This document shows, one piece after another, positions 60,422 to 64,000 of a DNA stretch of 64,000 nucleotides. The first letter of the stretch is position 1. Each line of letters starts with the position of its first letter. The position numbers and the translations under genes are program-made. Location of the stretch: the NCBI RefSeq assembly GCF_963921235.1, contig NC_086107.1, positions 100,442,001-100,506,000 of the forward strand, given 5' to 3'. Origin of the DNA: Mobula hypostoma (lineage: Eukaryota). The notes below the pieces were generated by a model that saw only the letters and a program-made list of their open reading frames with translations, was not told the origin of the DNA and made no database searches.

Positions 60422-62851
60422 GTACATCCTTCACATACACAAGGTGTAAAAATCTTTATGTTACGTCTCCACCTAAATGTGCCATGTGCAATCATAGTAA
60501 TTTTATAATAATTAGAACAGTCAATGTAATATAGAGTACACTCAAATCAGCGTGAGTTCATCAGTTTGATGGCCTGGTGGAAGAAGCCGTCCCAGAGCCT
60601 GTTGGTCTTGCGGTACCTTGCAGAAATGCTTCTAACATTGGAGAGGGTACTCCTACCTTTAGGCCTTATTTTATTGAGACAACATTAATAGGGGACTTAC
60701 AGTATGTGGTGCACACTAAAACACAGTGTCTTGGTCAGCTGGAGAACATATAGGAGTTTTGTGGAAAAAATGTGTGGGTTGGTAGGTTACTTGGTTGCCG
60801 GAAATCATCTCAAGTGAGATCAGAGCATTCTATAAGCTCTGATCTCAGAGGCTTTGCAAGAAAGCAGATTTCTTGCTTTTGATGTCAGTGGTGACCTTCA
60901 CTAGCACCTGGTGGGTCATTGCTTCAATCAGCCCATTGTCAATGATTCTTTCATAAATTATCTCGTCAAATAAATTCACTTAAATATTTTAGAGTCATAG
61001 AGTCACAGGACACTACAGCACAGAAACAGGCCCTTTGATGAGTAGAAAAATGAGGGGGGAGAGGGCTGATGTGAGGAGAATAAAATGGGTCTGTGTGAAA
61101 ATAAATGCTCGATGGTTGGCAGAGATTTGCTGAGCCAAAGAACAGTTTTCTGTGCTGTATGAACTAAGAACCCATTAACACTACCTCACTACTTTTTTAT
61201 TTCTGTTTTGTACTATTTATTTTAATATATATACCCACTGTAATTCACAGTTTTTTCCTCTGTTACTGTGTATTGTATTGTACTGCTGTCGCAGAGTTAA
61301 CAAATTTCACGATATATGCTGGTGATATTAAACCTGATTCTGATTCTGATACTGAGATAAGTAACTGGGACTTGCTGGCCTGGTTTTAAAGAAAGTGGCT
61401 GCAGAGAAAGTGGATCCCATTGTTTAAAAATTTTCTTAACCCATTAAGTTCCAGGAATATATTGGAAGATTGGAAAACAAGCAATGTTCTTCCCTTGGAT
61501 GGTGTGGTGGTGTGGTGGTGTGGCGGCTAGCATAACACTTGACTGTGCCAGCAGTTGGGGTTCAATTAACAGTGCTGTCTGTATGGAGTTCGTGCTTTCT
61601 TCACGTGACTCTGCAGATTTCCTCCAGATGCTCTGCTTTCCTCCCACGTTCCAAAGTTGTACAGATTAGTAAGGGTATGTAAGTTGTGGGCATTCTAAGC
61701 TGACACTAGAGGCATGGTGACTCTTGCAGGCTGCCCCAGTACATATTTGGGCTCTGTTTGCATTGACACAAATGACAGATTTCACTGGACGTTTCATTGT
61801 GCATGTGACAAATAAAGCTAATCTTTATCTTTGTTCAATGAAGGAAGACAGAAAGCAGGGAACATCAGGCCATTTAACTTGTTGTCTGTTTTCAGCAAGA
61901 TAATAGAGTAAATAAAGAGGAAATAAAATGTCATTCAACTTATTCAATGTTGATTTATGAAAAGTGAATCATTTTTGACAAATTTACACAAAGTGTTTGA
62001 GGATGTCATAGGGAGAGTGAATTGAGAAGGACCGGTAGATGTTGTGTATTTAGATTTGCAAAAGTCACATGAAAAGCCAGTGCATAAATTAAGAGCCCAA
62101 GGTACTGGAAAAAATGTGTTAGCTTGGATTGAAAACTGTCTATCACATAGCAAACAAATTTGGAACAAGATTCAAAGTTTCAAAGTACAATTATTATTAA
62201 AGCATGTATGCAGTATACAACCCTGAGATTCATTTTCCCACAGACAGTCACGAGCCAAAGAAAACCATGAAACCCCCAACAGGCAAAAAAAAGAACAAAT
62301 CGTGCAAACGGCAAAAGTGAGCAAAAAACCCCACAGAATATAAAACACCAAACTACAAAGTAATCGAAACAGTCCAGAAATGTTCAGTTCAGCTTAATCC
62401 AGCATTAACTGCAGGCTACATAGCCAGTCGCTCCAATCAAAATTGCACAAAATAACAACAAAGAAAAAGGAGCAACAGAAACCGGAAACACATCATAACA
62501 TGACCCATGGAGTCTAATCACCATCTGCGTTGATTAATTGAGTCTTTGAGGGATGCAACAAGTAAAGTAACCCAGAGATCAGTTCTTAACCCTCAATTGT
62601 CTATTATTTTTATTAAAGACTGGGAGGAGGAAAAAGATGCAAGGTTTTGAATTTTACTATGATGCTGAAATACTATAGGTTATGATGAGGACCTTGTGAT
62701 ACTGCAGCAGATAGATTGAGTAATTGGACAAACATTTAACAAGTGGAATTTAATGTCAGGAAGTATGAGTTATGCACTTTGGTAAGAGGATTCAAAAGGC
62801 AACTATTATCTAAATGGGGAGGAACAGTAAATAAGTGAAGTTCATTTCGAT

Positions 62852-62931
62852 CAGGGGTTCCCAACCTTTTTTATGCAATGGATAAATACCATTAAGCAAG
62901 GGGTCCATAGACTCCAGGCTGGGAACCCCTG
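62852..62931. mobile_element. 80-bp hAT MITE within an old CR1 remnant
   Basis: CAGGGGTTCCCAACC...GGGAACCCCTG followed by ATCTAGAT. Confidence 0.75.
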
Positions 62932-63420
62932 ATCTAGATTTTCTAATGCATGAAGCACAAAAATAGCAGCAGTTGACAAATTGTTAAGAGCACAGCTGGC
63001 ACACTGGCCTCTTATGCAAAGAGGCTAAAGTTTAAGAATAGGGAGGTTTTTGTTACATTTTTACTGGTCTTGTTGAGGTCTCACTTGGAAAACAGTGCTC
63101 AATTTTTGTCCCCTTACCTAAAACAAAAGTTTTACCCATATTGGAGAACATCGAAAGGAGAATCCCCAATCTAATTGCTGGGATGAGGGGGCTGTCCTTT
63201 CAAGAGGGGTGAGGCAATTTGGCTCTGTTTTCATTGGAATTTAGAAGTGTTTGTATCACCTTCCTTTGAGTTTGCTCTATTTTGCACCATTCTGTTTTTT
63301 AAAAATTCTCCTCACTGTATTTATGGTTGCATTTATTATTACCATGTACACTGTTAACACTGGAAGTTTCACAGGAGCAAGGAATTTCATTGTACCCAGT
63401 GTATATGACAATAAACTAAC

Positions 63421-64000
63421 CTGCCATAGTTGGATGCATCAGCAAGGGAGATGAGGCTGAGTACAGGGCTACGGTAGGAAACTTTGTCACATGGTGTGAG
63501 CAGAATTATCTGCAGCTTAATGTGAAAAAGACTAAGGAGCTGGTGGTAGACCTGAGGACAGCTAAGGTACCGGCGACCTCTGTTTCCATCCAGGGGGTCA
63601 GTGTGGACATGGTGGAGGACTACAAATACCTGGGGATACGAATTGACAATAAACTGGACTGGTCAAAGAACACTGAGGCTGTCTACAAGACGGGTCAGAG
63701 CTGTCTCTATTTCCTGAGGAGACTGAGGTCCTTTAACATCTGCCGGACGATGCTGAGGATATTCTACGAGTCTGTGGTGGCCAGTGCTATCATGTTTGCT
63801 GTTGTGTGCTGGGGCAGCAGGCTGAGGGTAGCAGACATGAACAGAATCAACAAACTCATTTGTAAGGCCCGTGGTGTTGTGGGGATGGAACTGGACTCTC
63901 TCACGGTGGTGTCTGAAAAGAGGATGCTGTCCAAGTTGCATGCCATCTTGGACAATGTCTCCCATCCATTACATTATGTACTGGGTGGGCACAGGAGTAC
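63421..64000 (+). mobile_element. Rex1-type LINE, 5'-truncated, open frame running off the window edge
   Basis: From 63423: AIVGCISKGDEAEYRATVGNFVTWCEQNYLQLNVKKTKELVVDLR...YKYLGIRIDNKLDW...LYFLRRLRSF...FYESVVASAI, with no stop seen. Confidence 0.85.

Overview
This is eukaryotic vertebrate DNA. The repeat content (CR1, Rex1-type LINEs, Penelope, V-domain SINEs) is typical of a cartilaginous fish, probably a ray; this is an inference. The left 37 kb holds the first 11 coding exons of IFT56/TTC26 on the minus strand. All junctions are GT-AG, the phases join into one open frame of 1005 nt (335 codons), exon 1 contributes only the ATG, and the gene runs off the left edge. Directly upstream of exon 1 is a CpG-rich array of about 22 copies of a 34-bp unit, each pairing a GC box with an RFX X-box-like half-site. 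The rest is transposon-derived: hAT, Tigger, mariner and Tc1 DNA elements, MITEs, CR1 and Rex1 LINE fragments, SINEs, and Penelope ends carrying minimal hammerhead ribozymes. There is also a full-length but disabled Gypsy LTR element (49465-53943, minus strand). Its primer-binding position is not tRNA-like. It is instead a perfect 16-nt complement of its own LTR poly(A)-signal region, and its RT motif reads YLDN. No other host gene was recognised between 37.8 and 64 kb.
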